DNA from: a virus | Lineage: Duplodnaviria; Caudoviricetes | Length of the DNA: 64,000 bases | Direction: 5' to 3' (one strand) | Virus record (IMG/VR): IMGVR_UViG_2974508059_000001 | Span: 96,001 to 160,000 of that record | In this document: one piece after another, positions 17,684 to 27,348 of the stretch | Layout: each line of letters opens with the position of its first letter | Numbering within the stretch: position 1 is the stretch's first letter | Translations under genes and position numbers: made by a program | Notes under the pieces: model-generated | Told to the model about the DNA's origin: nothing | What the model saw: only the letters and a program-made list of their open reading frames with translations | Database searches by the model: none

Positions 17684-19426
17684 ATGAAAATACTGGTGAG
17701 CTTGCCGGAGATGACGCCATCAGATTTTGTGGCGTTGTTTGATAAGCACGTTTACGGGCAGGAACAGGCCAAGAAGATGCTGGCCATTGCCCTGCGTAAC
17801 CGCTACCGCACGTCGCTCTTACTCGGGCAAGACCGCTTTAGCGTGAACAAGCAGAACGTGTTATTGCACGGCCCGACGGGTACCGGTAAGACGGCCCTGA
17901 TTCGTGTGTTACGCAAAGACCTCGAATTGCCGGTGCTGGAGTTCGACATGACATCCTTTACGGAGTCGGGCTACGTCGGGCGTAGCATCGAAGAAATTGG
18001 CAAGGAGCTGAGGGAGCTGACCAAAGGCCTGAAGATTCCGAACTGGTATCTCGAAGCGCACGGTCAGCCCATTAACAAAGAGCCGGAAAGGAAGTACACC
18101 CGGGCGGAGTTAGAGGAACTGCAAAGGCAGGAGCTGCGCAACGACATGCAGGAGCGGGACGAACACCGTAAGCGTTTCAATGAAGCGTACAACGCCGCCT
18201 TGGACGAACTCAAGGCATCGGGTGTGCTGGATATCGAAAAGCACGGTACGTACCTCAGCGTCTACTATTACCGCTGCCTGTTGTTAGGACTTTACCGCTC
18301 TAACCACATTGAGGATGTATCGGGGCTGCAAGAACTCACCACGCTTAACATCGATGGTCTGGATTTCGGTGCTGTGTTTAAGGATACGGCCCGTTTGAAA
18401 GAGTTGTCCGATCTGGAGAACAGTGATGAAGAGCTCAGCGAAATGGGTGAGGCGGAACTCGAAGCGGAAGTGGCAGCCATCATGGCGCGGTTACTCAGGA
18501 CAATGGGTCCAATTGAGTCTGAGTTTATTGAGCTGGGTCGTCGTTACATGAACAGCTATCCGTCCATGGCAACGGCCCCTCACGAAACGTGGGCACAGTT
18601 CGCTGACCAGTTTGAGGAAAGTGATGATGCGTTGCGGCCCATCGGTTTCAGAGCGGTACGTGTGGAAGACCCTGAACTGCACGCCCTGACCTTGTTGCAT
18701 AGCGACATTGAGCTTGCAGAGAAACAGCTCACCACCTGTGACGATTTTTCACACTACGTTGACGACGACCTCTGGGTGCTGCCGAAGTTTGAGCAGTTAA
18801 GTAAGGAAGCCATTGAAGCGCAAGAAAAGAGCGACAGCCCGAAACGACGTATCGACCCCAAGTCGTTTGTGGAGAACTTCGCGGTGGTATTCTTAGATGA
18901 GATTGACAAACTCATTGAAGAAGACACGACCCGAACCCACGTCTCGCGTTCTGGGGTACAGCGCAGTTTATTGAAGATGGTCGAAGGCGGAACCTACCAC
19001 GGTATCGACACCACAAATATCTTGTTCGTGGCCGCGGGCGCGTTTGCCATTTCTCCTATCAGTAAACTGATGCCGGAGCTGCAAGGTCGTTTCCCACTGC
19101 GGGGCCGGCTGAACGCACTGGACGCCGATGCGTTTGTGCACATCTGTAAGATGACGGGCAGTGAGTTCCAAGGTCACATCGCGCTGATGCGTACTGAGAA
19201 TGTTCAGGTCAAGTACGACATGGACACGTATCAAGTGATTGCTGAACGCACCCTTGCCCAAAACATGGTGGACAATCTCGGTGCCCGACGTCTGGGTGCG
19301 GTGATTAATGCCATCTTCCAACCTGCTATGTACGAGCCGGAGAAATACCGTCAAAACGGTTTTGATATCCGCGGTGAAACCTTACGAGCCTTGAGTAAAA
19401 CAGATGACGGAAAACAAAAGCATTAG
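17684..19426 (+). CDS. hslU: HslU/ClpY-like AAA+ ATPase (protease ATPase subunit)
   Basis: GQEQAKKMLAIALRNR, Walker A GPTGTGKT, pore loop GYVG, Walker B VFLDEIDK, SRSGVQR, PELQGRFP, LGARRL. Confidence 0.93.
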   Translation: MKILVSLPEMTPSDFVALFDKHVYGQEQAKKMLAIALRNRYRTSLLLGQDRFSVNKQNVLLHGPTGTGKTALIRVLRKDLELPVLEFDMTSFTESGYVGRSIEEIGKELRELTKGLKIPNWYLEAHGQPINKEPERKYTRAELEELQRQELRNDMQERDEHRKRFNEAYNAALDELKASGVLDIEKHGTYLSVYYYRCLLLGLYRSNHIEDVSGLQELTTLNIDGLDFGAVFKDTARLKELSDLENSDEELSEMGEAELEAEVAAIMARLLRTMGPIESEFIELGRRYMNSYPSMATAPHETWAQFADQFEESDDALRPIGFRAVRVEDPELHALTLLHSDIELAEKQLTTCDDFSHYVDDDLWVLPKFEQLSKEAIEAQEKSDSPKRRIDPKSFVENFAVVFLDEIDKLIEEDTTRTHVSRSGVQRSLLKMVEGGTYHGIDTTNILFVAAGAFAISPISKLMPELQGRFPLRGRLNALDADAFVHICKMTGSEFQGHIALMRTENVQVKYDMDTYQVIAERTLAQNMVDNLGARRLGAVINAIFQPAMYEPEKYRQNGFDIRGETLRALSKTDDGKQKH

Positions 19427-19730
19427 TCAGGAAGAAGCTGTAATCGAGTTGCAAAGCAACTTCGACAGACTGAAGGAGCAGGCTAAGGATGGACACTCTC
19501 CGCTGTATCTCGTATACACCGGTGACGTGGGGGCCGTCGTCCATCCCAAGACGTGGGTAATGCGTGACGTGCTTGGCCAGCGGACGATTCTCGGCAAATC
19601 GATCGCCATGGTGCCAGCGCCCGAAGAACGGACGTTGTACATCTTGGAATACGAGACAGGAGCGAAGTTAGGTGAGATTACCAACCCACCTTTAGACCTG
19701 CTCAATGAACTCACTGGGCTTTCAACGTGA
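19404..19730 (+). CDS. hypothetical protein
   Basis: 108 aa, overlapping the end of hslU. Confidence 0.65.
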   Translation: MTENKSISQEEAVIELQSNFDRLKEQAKDGHSPLYLVYTGDVGAVVHPKTWVMRDVLGQRTILGKSIAMVPAPEERTLYILEYETGAKLGEITNPPLDLLNELTGLST

Positions 19731-19756
19731 GGAAACCTTAACCTTTAGGAGTGTGT

Positions 19757-20137
19757 ATGTCAGCCTTACGAGTATGGACAATTCAGATGGGCCAGTGGCG
19801 TAAAGCCGTGGAGAAAGACATACCCCTCCTGAATATTACAATCAAGTCCGGTGAAGCTATCTTTGCACCGGACTGGGATTTCTTGATGACGTATAAAGAT
19901 TCCGCCAAAACCCCCGAGGATGAACGCATTTACACTCGGGCGTATGCCGCGAAGATTAACCGTAAACTCAAAGAATTCCCGAATAAGTTTTCAGATATAT
20001 TTAATAACAGTGAGATAGCCTTAGCCTGTTATTGTCCGGCCGGTGAATTCTGTCATCGGCATTTGTTTGTCAAAGTCCTACAACAGCTCGGTAAGCAACT
20101 CGGTAGAGAAGTTATTTACATGGGCGAAATCACTTAA
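19757..20137 (+). CDS. DUF488/DUF4326-like protein
   Basis: FAPDWDFL...Y and LACYCPAGEFCHRH motifs; AGGAG SD. Confidence 0.65.
   Translation: MSALRVWTIQMGQWRKAVEKDIPLLNITIKSGEAIFAPDWDFLMTYKDSAKTPEDERIYTRAYAAKINRKLKEFPNKFSDIFNNSEIALACYCPAGEFCHRHLFVKVLQQLGKQLGREVIYMGEIT
19989..20014 (+). promoter_or_regulatory. possible intragenic early promoter
   Basis: TTTCAGATATATTTAATAACAGTGAG matches the 4995 motif; lies inside the 19757 ORF. Confidence 0.4.
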
Positions 20138-20163
20138 TTGCAACACCGTAAGGAGTAATAGAA

Positions 20164-20760
20164 ATGCGCGTTAAGAAAGTTATCCACGTGCCGATTGTTA
20201 ACATCGTCAATACCCCGGACACGCTGCACAAAGATGGTGAACGTAATGTCATGCTCACTAAACAACATTTTGAAAGGGTTGAACGCCTGAAAGCGGAAGG
20301 GCATCCCGTCGAGGGATACACCGTGCATTATGTTCCCGTGGCCGGAAGTGACATGGGCTTTGCGCTGACGGCGACATTAACGTTGCTGTGTCTTAAGCCC
20401 AACGATGCCGAAGCATTAATTCTTTATAAGGCGCTTGAAGAATCGTTTAAATACGCCGCGATTCGCGGTAACACGACTTCCATCTGGACCGGGCAAGCAG
20501 CGGCAATCCTTAACAAATACGCCACCCAAGTCAGCGGTACAATCATGAAGTCGCTGACCGACGAAAGGATGGTTGATAAGATTGCCAAACCGTGGATGGT
20601 GCGCGAACCGTCCGGCTTCGATCGTAAGCAACGTCGCCCGCAGTCGAACCTCCCCGTTCTGACCATTGAATTACCCATCGGTGAAGAGTCTACCGGTGCT
20701 CGTCACCATATCGCCCTGCACCTCGAGCAGATTGGCTACGCTGTTAAATTCAAAAACTAA
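20164..20760 (+). CDS. hypothetical protein
   Basis: 198 aa, AAGGAG SD. Confidence 0.7.
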   Translation: MRVKKVIHVPIVNIVNTPDTLHKDGERNVMLTKQHFERVERLKAEGHPVEGYTVHYVPVAGSDMGFALTATLTLLCLKPNDAEALILYKALEESFKYAAIRGNTTSIWTGQAAAILNKYATQVSGTIMKSLTDERMVDKIAKPWMVREPSGFDRKQRRPQSNLPVLTIELPIGEESTGARHHIALHLEQIGYAVKFKN

Positions 20761-20773
20761 GTAAGGATTAATC

Positions 20774-21088
20774 ATGAAAACTGAACAAGTAAGCAAAATT
20801 GAAGAAGTTATCGACACCGCGCTGGCAGATGCTAATAAGCCTATCACCGCTGTCGGTATTGTTGCCCGCCATTTTGGTGCGAGCATTGAAAAGCGTAAAG
20901 CACCGAAAATCTTTGTGCGCTCTGAGCTGCCGTTGACCCACGACGAAGCGGCCCGCGTAGCTGAAGCACTGGAGGCCGAAGGTTTCGAATGGGAAATCGC
21001 TGGCGCTACCCTTAACCCTATCGAAGTATCGGACAACGTCGTACGTCGTTCGAAGTCGGTTCCCCGCATTAAACGAGGTGCGAAATGA
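20774..21088 (+). CDS. hypothetical protein
   Basis: 104 aa, AAGGA SD. Confidence 0.7.
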   Translation: MKTEQVSKIEEVIDTALADANKPITAVGIVARHFGASIEKRKAPKIFVRSELPLTHDEAARVAEALEAEGFEWEIAGATLNPIEVSDNVVRRSKSVPRIKRGAK

Positions 21089-21612
21089 ACACCGCGCAAT
21101 TAAACTGTTTTACCAAACGTGAACGTACTGAACTGATTCGCATCACCCGCGGTCAGCAGGTTAACGACAGCTTCAATATCGACCCGAAGAAGCTTGCCAT
21201 CGCCAAGCACTTCCCGGAAGTGGAATGGGACATTGAGTTCTTCCGTCTGCAGGCCTTTACGAACGCCTTAACTCAGATGGCGAACTACAACAGCGCGAAA
21301 GTACCGGCGTGGACGTGGCATATTCGTCACACCCCGTCGTCCATCTGCGATCGTCAGTCCGGTGAGATGGTTAACGTCAAACCGATTGCCCATCCGCGCT
21401 ATATGGATCAGTTCATCGAGCTCATTGCCAAGACCCCTCTCTCCTCAATCGATGCCTATTGCGACATCATTAAAGAGATTGGCCACCCAAGCATCAAGTG
21501 CATCGGGTCGGACACCGCTGACAAGAACGGGCACTTTACGCGCCTGTCGTGGATTGCGGGTCCGTACAACAATGAGAACCTCCTTTATCTGGATCGGAAC
21601 CGTCACGCATGA
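21085..21612 (+). CDS. hypothetical protein
   Basis: 175 aa, ATGA overlap, GAGG SD. Confidence 0.7.
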   Translation: MNTAQLNCFTKRERTELIRITRGQQVNDSFNIDPKKLAIAKHFPEVEWDIEFFRLQAFTNALTQMANYNSAKVPAWTWHIRHTPSSICDRQSGEMVNVKPIAHPRYMDQFIELIAKTPLSSIDAYCDIIKEIGHPSIKCIGSDTADKNGHFTRLSWIAGPYNNENLLYLDRNRHA

Positions 21613-21908
21613 AACCGTTAGAGATGACGCAGAAGGAGCTTTTAGACCATCTGCTCTACGGCGGGAAAGTAGAAGACACGCGGGAGTGGGCTGATGCACT
21701 CCTGATGTCTCTTATTCCTGCGCGCAGTAATCACTACGAAATCGCGGTACTGGGAGAAGAGTATTGTTTTCGTACCAAAGACCGCGAATACGAAATCCAG
21801 CGCGTTCCCGCCACCGTCGGCGGGGTGTTGTTGTTGGCCGCTAACCAACTCACGTTCATCGAGGTGGCGTTGAACTATTACGCCACCGGTGGACAAAGGG
21901 GGTTCTAA
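21609..21908 (+). CDS. hypothetical protein
   Basis: 99 aa, ATGA overlap. Confidence 0.65.
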   Translation: MKPLEMTQKELLDHLLYGGKVEDTREWADALLMSLIPARSNHYEIAVLGEEYCFRTKDREYEIQRVPATVGGVLLLAANQLTFIEVALNYYATGGQRGF

Positions 21909-21928
21909 GGTAAACCCGGAGAGAAATT

Positions 21929-22267
21929 ATGTTCGGTTGGTTCCGACATTACAAACAGTTAAAGGAAGAGCACGCCGTGTTAACCGAGACCACGGAGTTT
22001 CAGGCTCAACTGATCGACGTGCTTCGTGAACAGGTAAAAGCAGCCACCGGTCTCGCGAACACACAGCGCAACACCATAGACCTGCTGAGCAAGAACCGCG
22101 ACATAAATGAGCGGACACTTGATCTGGTGTTGACCATACTCGCCACCGCAGTCTACGAGCGACGTGACCCACTTGACGCCATTGGTCGGGTGTTTAGAGC
22201 GATGTCACCAAAAACCTGTGCTCGGGTTGCAAAATTAATATTAGCTGAAAGGAGTAATAAATGTTAA
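21929..22267 (+). CDS. hypothetical coiled-coil protein
   Basis: 112 aa, GGAG SD. Confidence 0.65.
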   Translation: MFGWFRHYKQLKEEHAVLTETTEFQAQLIDVLREQVKAATGLANTQRNTIDLLSKNRDINERTLDLVLTILATAVYERRDPLDAIGRVFRAMSPKTCARVAKLILAERSNKC

Positions 22268-23436
22268 AACCACGCAAGACCCGTAAGAACCGTGCTCAAA
22301 TAACGTTCCGTGAAGACGGGGGAACTACTTACTACTCCCCGAACTGCAAACCCCTGAAGCACACTAAGGAACAAATTGATACCCTGGCGAAAATAGTCTT
22401 GCAACGTCCCGCCAGCATTTGGTACGGCTTGCGTGCGATACAAGGGCACAACAACCGACCGGACTATCCGTATCATGCTTTACGGGCAATGTCGGAGAAA
22501 GAATGGAACTTCCATTGGCAATGGAAAGCCTTATCGCGCGCCGCACATGTTGACCAAGTGGAACAGTGTGCTCTTCGTGACGAAGTTAACCCACTGGACT
22601 GGTCTTGGCAGCCTGAGTTCCTGCAAAACTTGGATTACCTCACCCGCAAGGCGTCGCTGACCGATTACCTAATTGGCTTCGACCCGGGCCGTCCTGAAGG
22701 TTCAGCGATGGCGATGGTGGTCAAAGGTCGTCAGCCGGGGCTGTTCTCCGCAGACGCTATTCGTACTGGTAAATCGGACTGGCAGTTACACGCTGCAATA
22801 GCGCAAGGGCCAGATGCGGTGAAGGAACTTATCGCACAGCGCCTTGCTAAGCTGCCTGACACGGAGATGCCTCTCAACCGTGAACGTTGGGCGGGACTGA
22901 TAGATGAGAACCAGCCCGTGGCAAAGGCATCGCGGATGCCACTACCAGCAGGCAGACTCAAGATGTCGCGTGAGTTTGTCGTCTCAGAGAACAGCCTCGA
23001 GCGCGGGGGTTTTGAACACACGGTGGGCGGCAACAAACCTATCGGTGTTCACCTCAAGCAGTCCGTGCCGGTCCTGAATAATCCTGAACTCGTAGGGGTT
23101 GACCCTTATTCCCCAGACTTAACGACTGAGCAGAAAGCGGCCATCGTTGCAGAAGCCAAAATTAACTCAGCTTACTTCTTCAGTATTCTAAGAAACCCAG
23201 CACCAGACGGGAGCAGAACCACGCCGTTCACGGACGTTGAGAAGCAAGAGATTCAACTGCATTACGAGTATCACCACCCCTACCACAACCTCGATGTCTC
23301 CACGAAGTATTACTTCCCGGTCATTCCATCGGATGAAGTGTTTGCATTTCCGGGTCGCGGCATGACGCCGTTCACGCCACAGCATGACCCTGACCATCTG
23401 AATCTGCCACTGGGTTCTAAACTCGAAGACGAATAA
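22261..23436 (+). CDS. hypothetical protein carrying a jumbo-phage terminase-N-terminus-like segment
   Basis: 391 aa; LNNPELVGVDPYSPDLTTEQKAAIVAEAKINSAYFF..R.P. Confidence 0.7.
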   Translation: MLKPRKTRKNRAQITFREDGGTTYYSPNCKPLKHTKEQIDTLAKIVLQRPASIWYGLRAIQGHNNRPDYPYHALRAMSEKEWNFHWQWKALSRAAHVDQVEQCALRDEVNPLDWSWQPEFLQNLDYLTRKASLTDYLIGFDPGRPEGSAMAMVVKGRQPGLFSADAIRTGKSDWQLHAAIAQGPDAVKELIAQRLAKLPDTEMPLNRERWAGLIDENQPVAKASRMPLPAGRLKMSREFVVSENSLERGGFEHTVGGNKPIGVHLKQSVPVLNNPELVGVDPYSPDLTTEQKAAIVAEAKINSAYFFSILRNPAPDGSRTTPFTDVEKQEIQLHYEYHHPYHNLDVSTKYYFPVIPSDEVFAFPGRGMTPFTPQHDPDHLNLPLGSKLEDE

Positions 23437-23445
23437 AAAAGAAGC

Positions 23446-23478
23446 GGTAGCCTTAGGGCTACCCTCTTTTATTTTTTG
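23446..23478 (+). terminator. Rho-independent terminator (A tract upstream, possibly bidirectional)
   Basis: GGTAGCC..GGCTACC plus CTCTTTTATTTTTT. Confidence 0.7.
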
Positions 23479-23636
23479 GCCCTAAATCAAATACGTTCAG
23501 CCGCCCTACTTTCTTTTTTTATTTCTGGTGAGGCCCCGTGTCAACCCGGTAATGGTTTACGCACACCCCTGTATATTTTTTTGCCTATGGCGAGAGTGCC
23601 ACCTACACCACACCAATGTAAAATGAGGACATCCCC

Positions 23637-25535
23637 ATGGCTGGACAATCTGTCCCTGCTCCAAAAGCGCTTGATTTAACCGCGTCCATTGTGGGCGGAA
23701 CCGTTCTCTTAAACAAAGATGGCTTTATCTACGAAATGCCACTGTCTGCCCTGTTGCAGAAATTCGATTTAGCAGCGGAAGATGGCCTGGGCCAAATTGG
23801 CCGTTGTGCAACCGTTGCCAACCTGCGCAAAATGGAACCCAAGACACCGGGTCAGCGCATTGACATTGCTGAATACGCACCGGGCAGCAAAAACGGTGGC
23901 GGTTACTTCTTCTACGATGCAGATGACAAAACGTCAAAAGACGATGGTGGCTTCTGTATCGTTACCCCAAAAGGCGCTCGTTGGAAGCGCGACATCGGAC
24001 ACATCGGTGCACTGAACGTCACCCACTTCGGGGCTATCCCGGATGGTAAGACTGACTGTATCGATGCCGTTAACAAGATGTGGGCGTTCTCCAAAGCAAA
24101 CTTGATTCAGTTGGGTATTCAGTTCCCGTCTGGCAAGTTCTTCCTGTCTAAGTTCGCACAGGCCAGTGAAGTGGGTTACTTCCGTGTTGTTGGCTTTAAC
24201 AGCACCAACGCGTTTGGTTACTTCAACACCACGACCATCTATTCCGATGACCAAGATGAGTTCGTGTTTGATGTGAATGCGCGCCGGACTGAAATCAGCG
24301 GAATCGAATTCAACGGTCAAATCGATTTGGGTAACAAGCAGTACCGTTGCTCGAAGAAAGGTTTCTTCCGTAACGTCGATCCGGGCGGCCAGTATATCCG
24401 TGTCTCGAACTTCATGAGCTCATGGGTTGGCGGCACAAGCTTTGACATGCTGGACAACCTCGACACCAAGTTCGATCAGTTCTACGCCTCTCGGTGTACG
24501 GGTACCGTCCTGAAAGGGCGTCCGTCGTTCCGTGATGCAGGCGGTTGGAACCACCTGACTGCTATCGAGCTGACCAACTTCAACATGCAGTATTGTACTG
24601 GCAACCTCGTGTTCGACCTGCCACGCGCAACCCAGTCCCTGATTCGTAACGGCTGGATTGAACACTGTGAGTTCCCGGGTAACCTGTCTGATGGCCAGTG
24701 GCAGATTGACTCGTTCTCCATGGAAGACTGTGACAACCCAATGCAGGTGCAGAATGCCCGCTTGGTGCGTTTCGCAACCAACCTGCAAGGCAAGTCTAAC
24801 TGGGATGCCAACAGCGGTGAAAGCGGCTGGAAGGAAATCTCTGCCTACGAGTACGGCATGACGGACATCCACAACCACGGTATCAAAACCGACGGTTCGG
24901 TGCAGGCCGGTTACTACGGCTCACTGGTGAAGATGGACAACAACACCGGTGCTGCGCAGTGGTTCCATGCCTGCTGGGTGAAACCGGTTTCCATTGGTGA
25001 CACTATCCAACTGCGGATGTTTGGTACACAGGCGTACAGCGGGAACAAAATTGATAACGATGTTATCAGTGGCGGCCGCCAGTCCGGTGGCTATGCAGAC
25101 GTGTTCATCAAAGTCCTGCAAGACTCGTCTCTGGCGATTCAGTGGGACGGGGTTGGTAGTTGTCCGATTCTGGATGTGCGTTCTGACAACAGCAAAGGTT
25201 CAACCAACATCTACGTGAAAGTGGCGGCATGGTCACGTAACGTCGGTGTGGAGTGCTACACCACCAGTAAGACCCGTTTCGAAGCGGGTATCCGTTTCCA
25301 GATTCAGCGCAAAGGCGTGAAGGTCGACGAAGCGGCAATTACCGGTGACGCATTCCCGACTGTCCCAACGGGCATGACCCTCGGTACCAAAAACGGCATC
25401 GGTTGGAACGGTCAGGGCGACCTGCTGATGAAGTTCGAACTGCAGAACGGGTATCTGCCTGTGAAGATTCAGTCTCCGTCTTCCGGTAAGATTACCCAAG
25501 GTTACATCAAGGTAGAGACCTCTTTACCTAAGTAA
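23637..25535 (+). CDS. amsF: AmsF/WceF-like tailspike-fold exopolysaccharide-modifying protein
   Basis: GGG.F..D....DDGG...W.R, FGAIPDGKTDC, IQFPSGKFF, FGYF, TAIELTNFN, LPRATQSLIRNGWIEHCEFPGNLSDGQW and GDLL match my recollection of Erwinia AmsF; no Tat signal. Confidence 0.85.
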   Translation: MAGQSVPAPKALDLTASIVGGTVLLNKDGFIYEMPLSALLQKFDLAAEDGLGQIGRCATVANLRKMEPKTPGQRIDIAEYAPGSKNGGGYFFYDADDKTSKDDGGFCIVTPKGARWKRDIGHIGALNVTHFGAIPDGKTDCIDAVNKMWAFSKANLIQLGIQFPSGKFFLSKFAQASEVGYFRVVGFNSTNAFGYFNTTTIYSDDQDEFVFDVNARRTEISGIEFNGQIDLGNKQYRCSKKGFFRNVDPGGQYIRVSNFMSSWVGGTSFDMLDNLDTKFDQFYASRCTGTVLKGRPSFRDAGGWNHLTAIELTNFNMQYCTGNLVFDLPRATQSLIRNGWIEHCEFPGNLSDGQWQIDSFSMEDCDNPMQVQNARLVRFATNLQGKSNWDANSGESGWKEISAYEYGMTDIHNHGIKTDGSVQAGYYGSLVKMDNNTGAAQWFHACWVKPVSIGDTIQLRMFGTQAYSGNKIDNDVISGGRQSGGYADVFIKVLQDSSLAIQWDGVGSCPILDVRSDNSKGSTNIYVKVAAWSRNVGVECYTTSKTRFEAGIRFQIQRKGVKVDEAAITGDAFPTVPTGMTLGTKNGIGWNGQGDLLMKFELQNGYLPVKIQSPSSGKITQGYIKVETSLPK

Positions 25536-25540
25536 TCTGG

Positions 25541-25574
25541 TGAGACCCCTTCGGGGGTCTCACTTTTCTTTTTT
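25541..25574 (+). terminator. Rho-independent terminator
   Basis: TGAGACCCC-TTCG-GGGGTCTCA plus T tract. Confidence 0.85.
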
Positions 25575-25695
25575 GTCTCTACGTTATCTTTCTGTTATAT
25601 GTCAAAGTATCAGTAGGGGCTTACCGATTTATTATGCTGGCAGGAGGGTTACGGCAGACGCTGTAGCCTTTGGAAACCTTAACCGAGTTAACGCG

Positions 25696-26496
25696 ATGTC
25701 TATTACCTCCAAAGAGAATCTGCTAAAACTCATCAACGAAGAATGTCAGATTAGCCCTGCGCTAACTTTCAACGACGTTGATATTTCTCTGCCGGAAGTG
25801 GTGTCCGTCGACGGTCGCGATTCGAGTGTGGTGTTAACGTCCAAGATAAAAGATGATGAGGGGTCTCAGGTTGAGGTCTTTTACCATCGCCGTCCCTTAC
25901 CGGACTATATCAAAAACAACAACACTTTTGGTGACGAAGATATTGCGTCTGCGCATGACATTCTCACTGCGATTAATGATCGTTTCGGCCTCAACATTCT
26001 TCCTGACGATGTGGAAGATACGCCGCGCTCCGGCAATGCAATAACGTTGACAGCAGAACCTCTCTCCCACGAGTGGCGAGGTGATGTTGTCATTCAACTT
26101 AAACCGGCGGTTCAACTGAACTCCGTGTTGACCAACACGCAACTGGATGGCTTGCAATACCCAGACCATCAGGATGCGTTAACCGTGGGCCAAGCCTACA
26201 TCTATTCTCGTGACACCGATTTTAGTCACATCAAGAAATTCCTTAACACCCTTGCGGTTGGGCTGGATTTAGATGACACCGCGATGGCAGAGCAGGTTAA
26301 CAAATGTGTGCCAGAACTGTGGGTGTCAGAAGATGCTCCAGCGGCGTACAACTTCCGTGATGCCACTGTGGTGTTTGTCGGTGAACCAAAAGACCGTGTT
26401 GGGGCGAACACCGCCTTTACCAACGTGGTATCGATTGCGCTCTCTGACAAGTGTACGAACTTCCAAGGCGTCCTTAACTTACACTTTAACAACTAG
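25696..26496 (+). CDS. virion structural protein, paralog family A
   Basis: Start moved to MSITSKENLL; family motifs L..LIN..N, Y.R..L, IN.R[FY]GL.L...D[IV], T.LDGL.YP, C-terminal G.L.LH[FY]N. Confidence 0.75.
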   Translation: MSITSKENLLKLINEECQISPALTFNDVDISLPEVVSVDGRDSSVVLTSKIKDDEGSQVEVFYHRRPLPDYIKNNNTFGDEDIASAHDILTAINDRFGLNILPDDVEDTPRSGNAITLTAEPLSHEWRGDVVIQLKPAVQLNSVLTNTQLDGLQYPDHQDALTVGQAYIYSRDTDFSHIKKFLNTLAVGLDLDDTAMAEQVNKCVPELWVSEDAPAAYNFRDATVVFVGEPKDRVGANTAFTNVVSIALSDKCTNFQGVLNLHFNN

Positions 26497-26506
26497 GAGG
26501 GTCTAG

Positions 26507-27340
26507 GTGTCTATTTACGATAAACCCTCGAAAGGGATGTTGTTAGAGGCCATCAACGTTCAGAACGGGACATCGTTAACGTGGAATCAGATTGCTGCGG
26601 GCTTCCCGGAGAAAATCAGTACCCCGTTAGCGCCCCGCGATACCCGTGTCTTAATCTACGGGTTGAACGGTGGTGGGTACAAGGGCAACGTCACCATTGA
26701 ATACAACCGCATTGACTTTGCGGTGCTGTTCCGTAATGTGATTCCGGTTGTCGTCACGAACCCCGTTGCGAAGCTCTCTGACCTGCTGCCTTTCTTAAAT
26801 AAGAAATACGGCCTGTCGTTAACCGCCGATGATATCGTTGACCGGTCTGTGGCGGATTTAGGAGAGAGCTGGATTCTGCCGGTGCAGATAAAGTCGGGTA
26901 ACCTTGCATGGCAAACCGATTTCAATCTGCGCTTTGCAAAGTTCTTCCCGAACCTGAAAGACGTTGTGACCGACGTGGACTTGACTGCCATCGTTGCCCC
27001 GTTTGAAGCCGGGCTTAAGCCCCATGCGGAATACGTGGCCTACGGCTATGACTACACCGAGATTGCCAGCACCTTTAATAATGATTGGACAACCAATCGG
27101 GTGCTGACACAGGCGGATGTGGATGTGCTGAATGGCGTGGTACCGTTGAAGTTTGCGTTGGTAACGGGTGCGAATGCACAGGCGGGTCAAATCGCCTTAG
27201 CCGGTGCCCGGTTAGCAGGCTCAGTGGGGATTACGCCCAACGACCGTTACGACCAAGGTTACTCGCGGGCGTTCTTGATTACCTTGGCCGCCGACAGTAA
27301 CTACACCGGTCAGTTAATCCTCCACTACACACCGAAGTAG
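26507..27340 (+). CDS. virion structural protein, paralog family A
   Basis: YNRIDF..LF, LNKKYGLSL..DDI, GQLILHY; AGGAGG SD. Confidence 0.75.
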   Translation: MSIYDKPSKGMLLEAINVQNGTSLTWNQIAAGFPEKISTPLAPRDTRVLIYGLNGGGYKGNVTIEYNRIDFAVLFRNVIPVVVTNPVAKLSDLLPFLNKKYGLSLTADDIVDRSVADLGESWILPVQIKSGNLAWQTDFNLRFAKFFPNLKDVVTDVDLTAIVAPFEAGLKPHAEYVAYGYDYTEIASTFNNDWTTNRVLTQADVDVLNGVVPLKFALVTGANAQAGQIALAGARLAGSVGITPNDRYDQGYSRAFLITLAADSNYTGQLILHYTPK

Positions 27341-27348
27341 GAACTATT

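Noticed and set aside
23476-23679. 67-aa ORF upstream of amsF
   Set aside because: It starts in the terminator T-tract, overlaps the amsF start and has no SD; likely intergenic/promoter DNA.
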